From a virus (taxonomy: Duplodnaviria > Caudoviricetes): a DNA stretch of 64,000 nucleotides. Within the stretch, counting starts at the first letter, position 1, and the number at the start of each line of letters is the position of its first letter. The stretch lies in IMG/VR virus record IMGVR_UViG_3300028591_000174, positions 1-64,000 of that record. One strand, 5' to 3'. A program made the position numbers and the translations under genes. This document shows, in pieces, positions 10,156 to 19,466 of the stretch. The notes below the pieces were generated by a model that was given only the letters and a program-made list of their open reading frames with translations, was not told the origin of the DNA and did not search any database.

Positions 10156-10269
10156 CTATATCCAATCAATAATTGGATTTTCTTTATTACCCTTTTTCCA
10201 AATAAACCAGGCATAACAAACAGCAGAACTTTTCTTAAATTCTTCTTCATTACCGTTTAATGCACAATT
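10156..10269 (-). pseudogene. C-terminal remnant of a phage DNA methyltransferase-like gene
   Basis: Translates NCALNGNEEEFKKSSAVCYAWFIWKKGNKEK then, after a 1-nt shift, PIIDWI*; matches the SAVAYAWFVW.KG...WI ending I recall for phage adenine-methylase-like proteins; no N-terminus, abuts an IS end. Confidence 0.4.
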
Positions 10270-10314
10270 GTTGAAGTACCCTTCCTTGTTAAAGCAAGGG
10301 GATTCTGAGAGTTC

Positions 10315-11556
10315 TCACGAAATCTCTCTTTCTGTTTCAACGGACGCTCCGAAATTGGCTAAAGCAAGATTAGCCAATTCTTCCACGCCCTCCACAGACC
10401 TAAATTCCTCAGCCTCCCTGAGTATGTTTATTGCATTAAGTTTTAAATTGATTGCCGCATTTACATCTCTGTTATGCTCTGTATGACATACAGGACATAT
10501 CCAGTGACGAATAGATAGCGTCAAATCCGTCTTCTTATATCCGCAGATATGGCACAATTTTGAACTTGCAAAGAATCTGTCAGACTTCACAACCGAACAG
10601 TCATACCTTTGTGATTTATCAATCAATTTGGTAGTGAAAGTTCCCCATGAAGTATCAATATAGTTTTTTGCGTTCTTACTGGCCCTAAGCAAACCTTTAG
10701 TAGTCAAATCCTCAATGCCTATTACATTGTAGTCTCTGACTAATCTTAGAGTTTCTTTCTCAATCCAGTCTTTTCGAGAGTTAGCAATGTGTTGTTCCAT
10801 GCGAGCAACCTTAATTCTTGCTTTTTCACGATTCTTAGAACCATTCTGTTTTTTAGCCAGTCTGCGTTCTAATTTTCTCAACTGTTTGAGATGTGCCTGT
10901 TTCTGCGGAATATATCCAAAGTCCTTGCCGGTCAATCCATTACTGTCTACATACTCAGTAGCAGGAGAGAAGTCTAAACCTATTGCTTGGTTTTCACTTT
11001 TAAGTTTAGGCTGTTCTTCTACCTCAAAAAGTATTGAAGCATAGTATTGATTGCTTGGAGATTTGCTTATTGTTATATTGCAGACTTTATCATCTGTTTT
11101 GAGCCATTTAGGTAACTCTCTGTTTTTGAACTTTATCTCACCAATCTTAGGAAGTATTATTGTTCTATGATTCCAGTCAAATTTACAGCGTAATTCTCTG
11201 TAAGAATTTTTCTGTTTCTTTGAATGAAACTTTGGAAACTTAGATAATCCCTTAAAGAACTTTGTAAAAGCACCTTCCTGATCTCTTCTTGATTGCTGTA
11301 AAGCAACAGAGCTTATCTCTTTCATATATTCATACTGCTGTTTAAGTTCTTTTTCTGTCGGTGCTTTGTATGATTTATATATTTCAGATTTTTCAGCTTT
11401 AGAAAGTTCCTTACCTTTTATGTTCTTGTCATAAAAATCTAATCGTGAAGCAAGCATTATATTATACACCTGACGACAACAGCCTAATGTCTTGTTTATT
11501 AACACTGTCTGTTCTGGAGTCGGATATATTCTTACTTTCAATGCCAAGTGTTTCAC
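10315..11556 (-). CDS. tnpB: RNA-guided endonuclease TnpB
   Basis: LKVRIYPTPEQ, RuvC GLDFS / IEDL / NRDVNAA, zinc finger CHIC...CPVC. Confidence 0.95.
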   Translation of the reverse strand: MKHLALKVRIYPTPEQTVLINKTLGCCRQVYNIMLASRLDFYDKNIKGKELSKAEKSEIYKSYKAPTEKELKQQYEYMKEISSVALQQSRRDQEGAFTKFFKGLSKFPKFHSKKQKNSYRELRCKFDWNHRTIILPKIGEIKFKNRELPKWLKTDDKVCNITISKSPSNQYYASILFEVEEQPKLKSENQAIGLDFSPATEYVDSNGLTGKDFGYIPQKQAHLKQLRKLERRLAKKQNGSKNREKARIKVARMEQHIANSRKDWIEKETLRLVRDYNVIGIEDLTTKGLLRASKNAKNYIDTSWGTFTTKLIDKSQRYDCSVVKSDRFFASSKLCHICGYKKTDLTLSIRHWICPVCHTEHNRDVNAAINLKLNAINILREAEEFRSVEGVEELANLALANFGASVETEREIS

Positions 11557-11655
11557 AGTTCTATCACCTTTTATATCACTATTATATCTAATATCTTTTA
11601 TATGTCAAGGTTATATCTACTTGCAATATTTGTGATATTGGTTTATTATTATCTT

Positions 11656-11817
11656 ATGATTGGAAAAGACAGTACAAAACTCATATTCACATTACCTAAG
11701 ACTTTATATTCTCAGTTGAAACAGGAAGCCGAAGAACAGAATAGAAGTATGGCAAACCTTATCGTTGTTATCCTCACTGATTACTTCAAAAAGAAAGGCA
11801 ATTCATCATCCACTTAA
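11656..11817 (+). CDS. ribbon-helix-helix (Arc/CopG-like) DNA-binding protein
   Basis: MIGKDSTKLIFTLPKTLYSQLKQEAEEQNRSMANLIVVILTDYF; likely starts at the ATG near 11656 rather than 11548. Confidence 0.75.
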   Translation: MIGKDSTKLIFTLPKTLYSQLKQEAEEQNRSMANLIVVILTDYFKKKGNSSST

Positions 11818-11864
11818 AGGTATGGGTTTTCTCGTCCATATCTTTCAGCCATAGAAATCTCCTA

Positions 11865-12482
11865 TTAATGCTCAGCAAACAAGATTTGCTCTTTTTTCTG
11901 CAATGACCAACAATTTCTTTTTTCTACAGAGCATTCGAAACAGTTACCAGTACAAAGTTTTGCTCCGTCACTTGCAGTTGTAGTTCCATCTCTGAACATA
12001 ACGTGAGCTTCCGGCAGATTGTGTGGATTAGGCATTTCAAGACCTTTCCACGCTGAGAATATTAAGTGCAGATTCTTTGGAAGTTTGTGATGTTCAAGAT
12101 AGTTGTTTACGATGTCATACTGTTTTGTGAAACATAAAACTTCGCAGTGCTTGTTTTTGCGAGTAAGTTCAACCATATGTTCGAAGTAATCTGCATTGTA
12201 AATATCACCACTTACTCCAAATCTGAAGTGAGTAGACATAGCCAAAGCACCGTCTACTTCACGCCAGAATTTCTCAGGCTCATTCAGTAAGATGTAAAGA
12301 TTCTTTTCGTAAGCCTCTTTTACAGTTTTACGTCTTGCAACAATTCTTCTTGCATAACATTTCTTACCGCATAACTTGCAAGCTGCAGGTGAGCAAGATA
12401 CGAAAGGTGGCAATGACAAAGACGGAATAGCACCCATCTTTGAATTACCACGACTAATACTAACGTGTAATTCCTTTTTCAT
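11865..12482 (-). CDS. phage gp88-like protein (radical-SAM-like Cys motif)
   Basis: GNSKMG...SLSLPP..SC...C..C...CYA, FRFGVSGD, C-terminal CTGNCFEC. Confidence 0.7.
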   Translation of the reverse strand: MKKELHVSISRGNSKMGAIPSLSLPPFVSCSPAACKLCGKKCYARRIVARRKTVKEAYEKNLYILLNEPEKFWREVDGALAMSTHFRFGVSGDIYNADYFEHMVELTRKNKHCEVLCFTKQYDIVNNYLEHHKLPKNLHLIFSAWKGLEMPNPHNLPEAHVMFRDGTTTASDGAKLCTGNCFECSVEKRNCWSLQKKEQILFAEH

Positions 12483-12501
12483 TTAGATACTCCTTGCGAT
12501 T

Positions 12502-12705
12502 TCACATTTCGCTGTATAAACTTCCCATTGGAAGATACGAAGAATCATCAAGTTCACCGTCTTTGACAAATCTCTTCGCAAGTTCCATATCAATATCCAG
12601 CTCATTTGATTCACCGTTGTAAATACCGGCCTTTTTAAGTAATGCTTCATGTTCTTCATCGCTTACTTCAAGAATCAAACTTATACGAGCGAATACTCTT
12701 TTCAT
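12502..12705 (-). CDS. hypothetical phage protein
   Basis: 67 aa with RBS. Confidence 0.55.
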   Translation of the reverse strand: MKRVFARISLILEVSDEEHEALLKKAGIYNGESNELDIDMELAKRFVKDGELDDSSYLPMGSLYSEM

Positions 12706-12714
12706 ATTTTCCTC

Positions 12715-13368
12715 CTACTCGCAGTCAATAATTTCTGCAATTTCTACTGTTTCCCATTTATGAATGTGAACCCAATCCTCGACATCCGATTTGTCAAGAA
12801 GGTCAAGTAACTTCTTGATATCTGTTTCATCAGAATGTAAAACACGCTGAAGGAGTTTTACAACCATTTCTTCAGTTGCTTCAAATTCACTTTCAACAAT
12901 GTCATCAAATTCTTCTGGCACATCATCAACAATGTCGATGTAATACTTTCCAATCATATCGGGATCGTTCGTCTGATACAGGTCATTACTACCTTCATCA
13001 GCGGTGTAGTAGATTTCTGCACCACGAAGATAATTTTGACAAAGTAACTGCCACATTTCGAGCATTGGACTCCATGCAGTTTCAGTGTTGATGATGATTT
13101 GATTGCCATTTAATTCAATACGAGTTAGCATTCCACGACACGTTATGTTTGGAACAAAATCTGATTCACCGTTTTCTTTTTTAGTCCACTTGGCAATGCC
13201 GGAATTACCAACAATATTGCCAAGCCACCAATAGTCAATATCGGGCTTGTCATAATCGTTGTCGAGATATTCTTTTCTTGCCCAGGTATTCACTTTCTCA
13301 AAGAATTCTTTTACTTTTCGCTCATTTTTATGAGTGATTGTGATGGTTGTAAAGCAAGTATTTGCCAT
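12715..13368 (-). CDS. YubB/DUF1281-like ferredoxin-fold protein
   Basis: MANxC N-terminus and ETAWSP motif. Confidence 0.55.
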   Translation of the reverse strand: MANTCFTTITITHKNERKVKEFFEKVNTWARKEYLDNDYDKPDIDYWWLGNIVGNSGIAKWTKKENGESDFVPNITCRGMLTRIELNGNQIIINTETAWSPMLEMWQLLCQNYLRGAEIYYTADEGSNDLYQTNDPDMIGKYYIDIVDDVPEEFDDIVESEFEATEEMVVKLLQRVLHSDETDIKKLLDLLDKSDVEDWVHIHKWETVEIAEIIDCE

Positions 13369-13537
13369 ATTACCCTCTTATATTGCGTATTTGTTTAGAA
13401 GGGCCTGCAGTTCATCTAAAAATGCGTCTGCGTTCTTCTTTGAAGGTTCATAGGTTACAATACATAACTCTATCTTCATTGTTCTTTCAGTGTAAGTAAT
13501 GTCATCAAGTTTATTTTCCTTGATTTCATATTCTCCG

Positions 13538-13759
13538 CTAATCATCTTCTTCCTCCTCATTGAATATGTCTGCAATAGCAGTGTTGATACAGGTCCAGCC
13601 ATTTTCAATACTGCTGTCTTCGATAAGTCCCCAAGAGATACTGTCGATAGCTTCCTGCAGTTCATTGTCATCAGGCTGTCTTTTGTAAGTTTCTTCAAAA
13701 GCCTTTCTTACATCAGCAACAGTCCATTTTATTGTGCATAATACTTCATCATTATTCAT
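13538..13759 (-). CDS. hypothetical acidic phage protein
   Basis: 73 aa with RBS. Confidence 0.55.
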   Translation of the reverse strand: MNNDEVLCTIKWTVADVRKAFEETYKRQPDDNELQEAIDSISWGLIEDSSIENGWTCINTAIADIFNEEEEDD

Positions 13760-13769
13760 AATTTACTCC

Positions 13770-14039
13770 TTATATGTTATATCCTTGTGCCTTCTTGATT
13801 TTTTTAGTGACACTTCCCCTATCCAGATACGTTTTGTGCATCAATCTATCGATAACCCAGCCGTTTATATAACCAAGGTCATCTAAGCGTCTTTCAGTGT
13901 GTCCACCGTCAATATCATACAAATCAACCTTGTCGTGATTGTCTGCATAATTAATGATAAGGCTTCGAATCTTATCAAGCGGTGCTTCCATTTCATCAAG
14001 TATGGAATTAAGTTGACTAACTAATTCTTGTTTTTCCAT
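13770..14039 (-). CDS. hypothetical phage protein
   Basis: 89 aa, RBS gaggag preceded by a hairpin. Confidence 0.6.
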   Translation of the reverse strand: MEKQELVSQLNSILDEMEAPLDKIRSLIINYADNHDKVDLYDIDGGHTERRLDDLGYINGWVIDRLMHKTYLDRGSVTKKIKKAQGYNI

Positions 14040-14271
14040 TGTGAAACTCCTCTAACCATTCTTTAAATGGTCAATGGTTCAGTTTATCTCCAAAATTCGT
14101 GAGCATGATTATCTTTTGCGTAAAATGCTCTCATTTCTACAGAACCTGTATTCTCATATTCTGAGATACATTCCATCTTCAATTCTTCCGCAGAAATCTT
14201 AATTTTATACTGAGGTTTACACAGTTTATTCCACCAAGATTTCAAGCCATTAAGTTTATCAGTTCTTCTCA

Positions 14272-14649
14272 TTACCACCACCTTGATGCGTCTTTTATAG
14301 AATCTGCCGTACTTTCTACAACAGAACCATCTGCATAAATCGTGCGTTCACACGGATATCTATCATCAATAATGTTGTCAGTATGAGAGATAACTGAAGG
14401 ACAAGAAGGATGATATGAGTTACGAGTTCTTTCTGCTTCTTTCTTTGCACAATCTTCACAGTAACCTGTGAAATACGAATACTCGAAGTCATATAATGTG
14501 CAGCAATCGCTGAATGTTCCAAAGTATTCACCTTCCCATTTTGTGAGAGGTTTCTTACAACAGGCACAATGTCCACGATTTATAAAGTTCTGATCTTCAA
14601 TACGGACAAGCATACGGCTTGGCCACTGTCTTTTCTTAAGGTCTTCCAT
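14272..14649 (-). CDS. hypothetical Cys-rich (zinc-binding) protein
   Basis: CACC...CC...CEDC. Confidence 0.55.
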   Translation of the reverse strand: MEDLKKRQWPSRMLVRIEDQNFINRGHCACCKKPLTKWEGEYFGTFSDCCTLYDFEYSYFTGYCEDCAKKEAERTRNSYHPSCPSVISHTDNIIDDRYPCERTIYADGSVVESTADSIKDASRWW

Positions 14650-14651
14650 TA

Positions 14652-14906
14652 CTACTCCTTGACTAAATAGTCATAAAGACAGCTTACAAAGTGTTTTATG
14701 TCTAATGAATAATCTTTTGCTAAGTTTTTACTCATAAAATCAGCCATAAATCCTAATTGCATAAAACCATCATTATTTTTATTTCTAAAGAATCTGTTGT
14801 TCAATGCGTGTAACACTATCAGTTGGTCTTTTTCATCCATATTCCAAAATTCATCTGCAAGTTCTGTAGGTGTACAATGCACCTCTTCACTAAATGTTCT
14901 TATCAT
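14652..14906 (-). CDS. hypothetical phage protein
   Basis: 84 aa in operon. Confidence 0.55.
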   Translation of the reverse strand: MIRTFSEEVHCTPTELADEFWNMDEKDQLIVLHALNNRFFRNKNNDGFMQLGFMADFMSKNLAKDYSLDIKHFVSCLYDYLVKE

Positions 14907-14909
14907 TAT

Positions 14910-15275
14910 TTACTCCTCAATGGCACAAGCCAATTTATCAATCATTTCTTCACACGCTTTCATATCGTTATAAACATCAATCATTTCATACGGTGCTCCG
15001 TTCTTTCCGTGTCCTTCACTATCAAGCCACAAAGACGCTTCATAACTTGGGTCATAACTGTCGTAGTATTCACGCAACTTATCTTCGATTTCTCCAAGAG
15101 TTTTATATTCAAGTTCAACATTAAAATCTTGTCCTGCTGGAGAATACTGACTAAAGTTAACAAACTTCGCTCCGTCATTGTTTTTATCCCAAGTAACAGT
15201 CCACCCAAGTTCTTCGGCAATCTTTTCAATTTTCTTCTTTGTCATACACTTACTCCTTAGTAATACTCTTTCCAC
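14910..15275 (-). CDS. conserved hypothetical MGE/phage protein
   Basis: FSQYSPAGQDF...GHGKNGAPY...VYNDMKAC motif. Confidence 0.65.
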   Translation of the reverse strand: MERVLLRSKCMTKKKIEKIAEELGWTVTWDKNNDGAKFVNFSQYSPAGQDFNVELEYKTLGEIEDKLREYYDSYDPSYEASLWLDSEGHGKNGAPYEMIDVYNDMKACEEMIDKLACAIEE

Positions 15276-15451
15276 ACTCTCAGATACCTATGAAACTGAA
15301 AATCATCCAACACTCTTTTTGCCCTGTTTGGTGAACTGAGGAAGTGGTAGTCAATCTGTTCGTCTGTCAGTCCCAATGTGTGCAAACAGAATACATCTCG
15401 TACTTGTTCTCGCCATTCCTTTTGCCACTCTTGGATTTGTTTTTTATCCAT
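15257..15451 (-). CDS. hypothetical phage protein
   Basis: 64 aa, hairpin plus AAGGAG RBS upstream. Confidence 0.55.
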   Translation of the reverse strand: MDKKQIQEWQKEWREQVRDVFCLHTLGLTDEQIDYHFLSSPNRAKRVLDDFQFHRYLRVWKEYY

Positions 15452-15512
15452 AAATACTCCTTGCCAATATCTTGGCTATTTCATAATTTAATAACTCTCT
15501 CCGATTTACTTT

Positions 15513-17030
15513 TTAATTCGCAAATTCTATATGACCATGCAGTCTTATAGCAGACTTAATTGCGTCTACATCAACTGTTGTCGATTCTGGTGAGTGCATA
15601 TCCATAACAGTTCTTGAAACTTTCATAATGTTCGAGATTGCTCTAGGACTATATCCAAAGCGAAGTGTTGCATTATCAAGTTCCTTTCTTGCTTCTTCTG
15701 TAAGAGGAATATAATCAAGAATTTCCTGCGGACTTAAATCCTGGTTTCTCATTCCCTGTCGCTTGTACTGTGCTTTCCAAGCGATTGTGATAAGGTTACG
15801 AAGTTCTTTGAGAGTGTAATCTTTATCAACTCCTTCACCGTTCACAGCGTCAAATCTAATAGCAACTCTGTCGAGTAATGGTGCTGAAAACTTCTTCCAA
15901 TACTGTTCAACACTCTTTGCAGAACAAATACAAATCTTATCTGGATTACCATAGTTACCACAAGGACAAAGATTAGTTGCCATAAACAACTGAAAGTTTG
16001 CAGGGAAAATAGTAGAGCGTCCGGCTCTTGAAAGTGATATAGTGCCATTTTCAAGAGGGACTCGTAACATCTGTAAAACAGAACTTCTGAACTCAGCAGC
16101 TTCATCAAGAAAGAGAATACCGTTATGAGCAAGGCTTATTTCACCCGGTCTGCAAGTAGGACCGCCGCCACACATTCCCTCGATACTTGCGGTCTGATGT
16201 GGAATGCGGAAAGGACGTCTCTGAATGTATGTTTCGCCAGGTTTATGAAGACCTGCCAATGACCATACACGAGTTACACTCTGTGCTTCATCAAAAGTAA
16301 GACGTGGCATAAGCTGAATAGCGTGCTGAAGAATCATTGTTTTGCCACAACCTGGTGCCCCATAAGTCATCAAACTGTGACGTCCGGCCATTGCAACCGC
16401 CATTGCATATTTCAAGCCAGAGTGACCTTGAAGTTTGTCAAAATCCTTAATGTCATAATCATCAAAGATTGGATTGTCACCTGTAGAAAATCCCTCAGAA
16501 AGTTCTTCAAAACTCTTCTCTTTGAAGTAATCTTCGTTATCAAGATTACGATAGGCAATCATAGCCTCTTCAAGAGTTTCAACCTCTCTTACTTTCATTC
16601 CAACAGGTGTTTCAGAACCTTTAGGAACGATTGCATAGAAGATACCTTCGGCACGAGCAGTAGTAAGAGCACTATAAGTTCCTTTGACAGGTTGTACACC
16701 ACCTGCAAGGTTAAGTTCCCCCATAACAATTACATTTGTATTAATCTTCTTACAGTCTTCGTTATTCGCAACAAGAACACCCATTGCGAGAGGTAAATCA
16801 AACCCAGCACCCTCTTTTCTCAAATCAGCCGGGCTAAGACTGATAAGAACTCTTTCTGCAGGATAATTAAAACCACTGTTGCGGATAGCAGACTGCATAC
16901 GTTCACGGCTTTCTTTTACCGCACCATCAGCAAGACCAATAATGTCAGTTGCCGGAATACCACGTCTTAAATCGACTTCAATGCTTACGAGGCTTCCCTC
17001 GTAACCAAATGGATTAAAAGAATAAATCAT
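15513..17030 (-). CDS. comM: ComM/YifB family Mg-chelatase-like AAA+ ATPase
   Basis: Lon-like N-domain (VKESRER...SLSPADLRKEGAGFDLPLA), Walker A GAPGCGKT, GEISLAHNGILFLDE, LLDR arginine finger. Confidence 0.93.
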   Translation of the reverse strand: MIYSFNPFGYEGSLVSIEVDLRRGIPATDIIGLADGAVKESRERMQSAIRNSGFNYPAERVLISLSPADLRKEGAGFDLPLAMGVLVANNEDCKKINTNVIVMGELNLAGGVQPVKGTYSALTTARAEGIFYAIVPKGSETPVGMKVREVETLEEAMIAYRNLDNEDYFKEKSFEELSEGFSTGDNPIFDDYDIKDFDKLQGHSGLKYAMAVAMAGRHSLMTYGAPGCGKTMILQHAIQLMPRLTFDEAQSVTRVWSLAGLHKPGETYIQRRPFRIPHQTASIEGMCGGGPTCRPGEISLAHNGILFLDEAAEFRSSVLQMLRVPLENGTISLSRAGRSTIFPANFQLFMATNLCPCGNYGNPDKICICSAKSVEQYWKKFSAPLLDRVAIRFDAVNGEGVDKDYTLKELRNLITIAWKAQYKRQGMRNQDLSPQEILDYIPLTEEARKELDNATLRFGYSPRAISNIMKVSRTVMDMHSPESTTVDVDAIKSAIRLHGHIEFAN

Positions 17031-17069
17031 AAATAATCTCCTTCTTGCTTATACACAAGCTGATAAACT

Positions 17070-17940
17070 CTCTCTCTGTAAATGCTCACACCGAATGGCA
17101 GTATCTTTAATGAATTGATATAATTGCAGCTCTCATCCAGGTCCTTTACTAGGATGAGAGCTGCAAATACTTGAAAGAACGGTTCTTGCATTTACACTTC
17201 TGCTCAGATACTCACAACTCGTGGCAGTGTCTTTAGTAATTTGATACAAATCCTAGTAGCCAGGCTGTTGATAATTTATCCAGCCAGGCTACAGGATTCA
17301 TTGAATTTGAGTTTCTTGTATCTGTAAATCTGCTATGGAATACTCGAACAAACGGCAGTCGCTATAAAGGTTTGATATTAGATTCAGGATCATCTGGATG
17401 GATTTCCAGATGATCCTGAATATGGGTTAAATTAAATTGATGTTCCTTGTATTCCTAAATCTGCTACACACTTAAAGTCAGTTGGTCATCTCTTTAATAA
17501 TGTGATACATAGAGATGTGGGAGCCGTGAATTCCTTGCACGGTGTAGGCATCTCTTGTTCAAATTTGACTTTCAAGTATGTTTAATTTGACTATGCACTT
17601 TGTATCTATGGTCATCACTATACAACTTCGATTTGAGAAGCAGGTGCAGCAGTAATTTCTTACACTGCTGCACCTGCTTACTAATAAAGGCAGATACACA
17701 AGTACACTTAATTTGACTTGCACTTAGACATTACGGTCATTTCTTTAATTATTTGATATATTCCATCTATTGCTGTCATATCATTTAGATGACAGCAAGC
17801 AAGGATGGGCTTTTGAATAAATGTCCTAGTACATTAAATCTGACTTGTACACTCAACACTAATAGTCAATTACTTTACAAGGCTTGATTGAAGCCTCCAG
17901 GAACCGGCGATGGTTTCACGCCGGTTCCTGGAGGGTCACA
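17070..17940. ncRNA. array of seven ~128-bp structured non-coding units, each with a distinct long hairpin (RT-associated)
   Basis: Hairpins at 17124-17166 (15 bp perfect), 17249-17298 (interrupted), 17382-17421 (17 bp perfect), 17511-17555 (interrupted), 17638-17679 (16 bp perfect), 17763-17808 (10-bp core plus 5-bp outer stem), 17894-17934 (16 bp perfect); GG(C/T)CA-like motif recurs at 17097, 17223, 17354, 17484, 17610, 17735, 17864; no ORF of 60 aa or more in the track. Confidence 0.85.
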
Positions 17941-17987
17941 TGAATGAAGTGCTTTGTGTACTAACCATTGACTTGGTAAAGCGGAAC

Positions 17988-19049
17988 TTAATACTTCAAT
18001 TCAAACTTTGTCTTTTCAACAGCCATTGTAAGAACTGAGAGTAAGATATCCCAACGTCTTTTCTTTGGTTCGTAAGCAATGATTGACTTGAATACATCGT
18101 CTACAAACTTAAGTGACTCGTTCATATCCTTACACTTAGGAATAACAAGTTCGTGAGTGCGGATAATGTTCTGTAAGGTATAGTAAGCACCTGCACCTTT
18201 GAAACAGTTCAACCAAGCCTTTGGTTTGAAAGTACAATCCCTATCAAACTTCCAAGTTGTAGACTCGATAACTCCGAGAAGTTTTTTGTAAGTAAGGCTT
18301 GTGATAATTCTGTGCTTAATGTTCTTTCTTCTTTCTTCATCAGAGCGATACCAATACCACTTATTGAAGTCCATAAGTTCAGAGAAGATTGTCTTCAAGT
18401 CTTCAAGAGTGAAGAACTGAAAACGAATGTCATTCGGACACTTCTCTTTAAGATGACAGAGCAACTTCAGTTCACGCTTTGTCTGATTGTAAACGTACTT
18501 TGTATCGTATGTCTTACGAACGGCGTGAGTCCAACCACTTGGGTCTTTAAGAAGACGGAAGGTCTGTGCACATATAAATCTGCGAAAGAGTTCAGGGTTT
18601 TTAATAAAACCACCTTTGCTCAGCTCTTCAATAACAGGGTCATTTTCTGCAAAGATGTCTTTAAGGTCTGAATTGCTCTGCATAAGTGTCTGTAACTTTG
18701 TTACATCAATGCCAGCTTCTTCCAAAGCTTTCAGACGTTCATCTTTTTTATTTTCTGTAAGATTGTCATTCCTTACAGTTTCAGGAACGAGATAGTGAAT
18801 ACCTTCGCTTAATTCTGAAACAGGATTACCACTGTTACCGATAACAAAATTAGTTTGGCAGTTAGGGCAGCGTACTTCAATTTTATTCATAATGTTAATC
18901 TCCTTTGATTTATTTTCTTTTGTATCAACTACTTTAGATTTTTTTAGTTGTTCATAGCATTTATTGCACACAAAAAGTGGCAACCCATTTGGTGCGCCTC
19001 GTGGTTTATCAGCACATGATAATGATTTTCCACAATAGTCACATGTCAT
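17988..19049 (-). CDS. RT-associated hypothetical protein with N-terminal zinc knuckles
   Basis: 353 aa; CDYC...CNKC, then a second strong RBS and ATG at 18890 (MNKIEVRCPNC); stop lies immediately before the hairpin array. Confidence 0.75.
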   Translation of the reverse strand: MTCDYCGKSLSCADKPRGAPNGLPLFVCNKCYEQLKKSKVVDTKENKSKEINIMNKIEVRCPNCQTNFVIGNSGNPVSELSEGIHYLVPETVRNDNLTENKKDERLKALEEAGIDVTKLQTLMQSNSDLKDIFAENDPVIEELSKGGFIKNPELFRRFICAQTFRLLKDPSGWTHAVRKTYDTKYVYNQTKRELKLLCHLKEKCPNDIRFQFFTLEDLKTIFSELMDFNKWYWYRSDEERRKNIKHRIITSLTYKKLLGVIESTTWKFDRDCTFKPKAWLNCFKGAGAYYTLQNIIRTHELVIPKCKDMNESLKFVDDVFKSIIAYEPKKRRWDILLSVLTMAVEKTKFELKY

Positions 19050-19067
19050 TTAATCTCCTTGGTTACC

Positions 19068-19463
19068 TTAGAACCATTTTTTGAAAAGAACCAACTTAGG
19101 TTCAATATTTGATTGCCAATACCACTTATCTCCAAAATCCCACTTGTTATTGATGATAAGTCCAAGCACATAGATTTCGAGTTTCGCTCTCGCTATGTAT
19201 CTGTGTTCATTTTCAGCGAGCTGTTTGGTGCTTAAATGACTTTCATCAAATGCAAAGAAGTATTTTGAATCTGCTTTGGCACTTGGTACTGAATACTTAT
19301 AGTTTCTGAACAACTCCAACAACTTTTCTTCAACGTTGTCCGGCAGTTCAAACTCTATATCCACTAAAAAACCATTCAGTCTAACTTCTCTTTTCTCGAA
19401 GCTGATTCTGAACGGCTGACCGTCTTCGACTTTCTCAATGAACTCTGAAACTGTCATAAACAC
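19068..19463 (-). CDS. RT-associated hypothetical protein
   Basis: 131 aa, C-terminal WYWQS...KLVLFKKWF; probable start ATG 19457 after ggag. Confidence 0.7.
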   Translation of the reverse strand: MFMTVSEFIEKVEDGQPFRISFEKREVRLNGFLVDIEFELPDNVEEKLLELFRNYKYSVPSAKADSKYFFAFDESHLSTKQLAENEHRYIARAKLEIYVLGLIINNKWDFGDKWYWQSNIEPKLVLFKKWF

Positions 19464-19466
19464 TCC

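Larger units (their letters stand above)
10270..11835 (-). mobile_element. non-autonomous IS200/IS605-like element (tnpB plus divergent RHH gene)
   Basis: Related subterminal hairpins at 10276-10310 and 11799-11833; right end reads ...gtacttcaac on the minus strand; no Y1 transposase. Confidence 0.7.

Noticed and set aside
17124-17934. Cluster of rho-independent terminators
   Set aside because: Stems lack U-tracts on either strand, are regularly spaced and share a conserved flanking scaffold.
17070-17940. CRISPR array
   Set aside because: Repeats are degenerate rather than near-identical, the variable parts are self-complementary hairpins, the period is ~128 bp, and there are no cas genes in the window.
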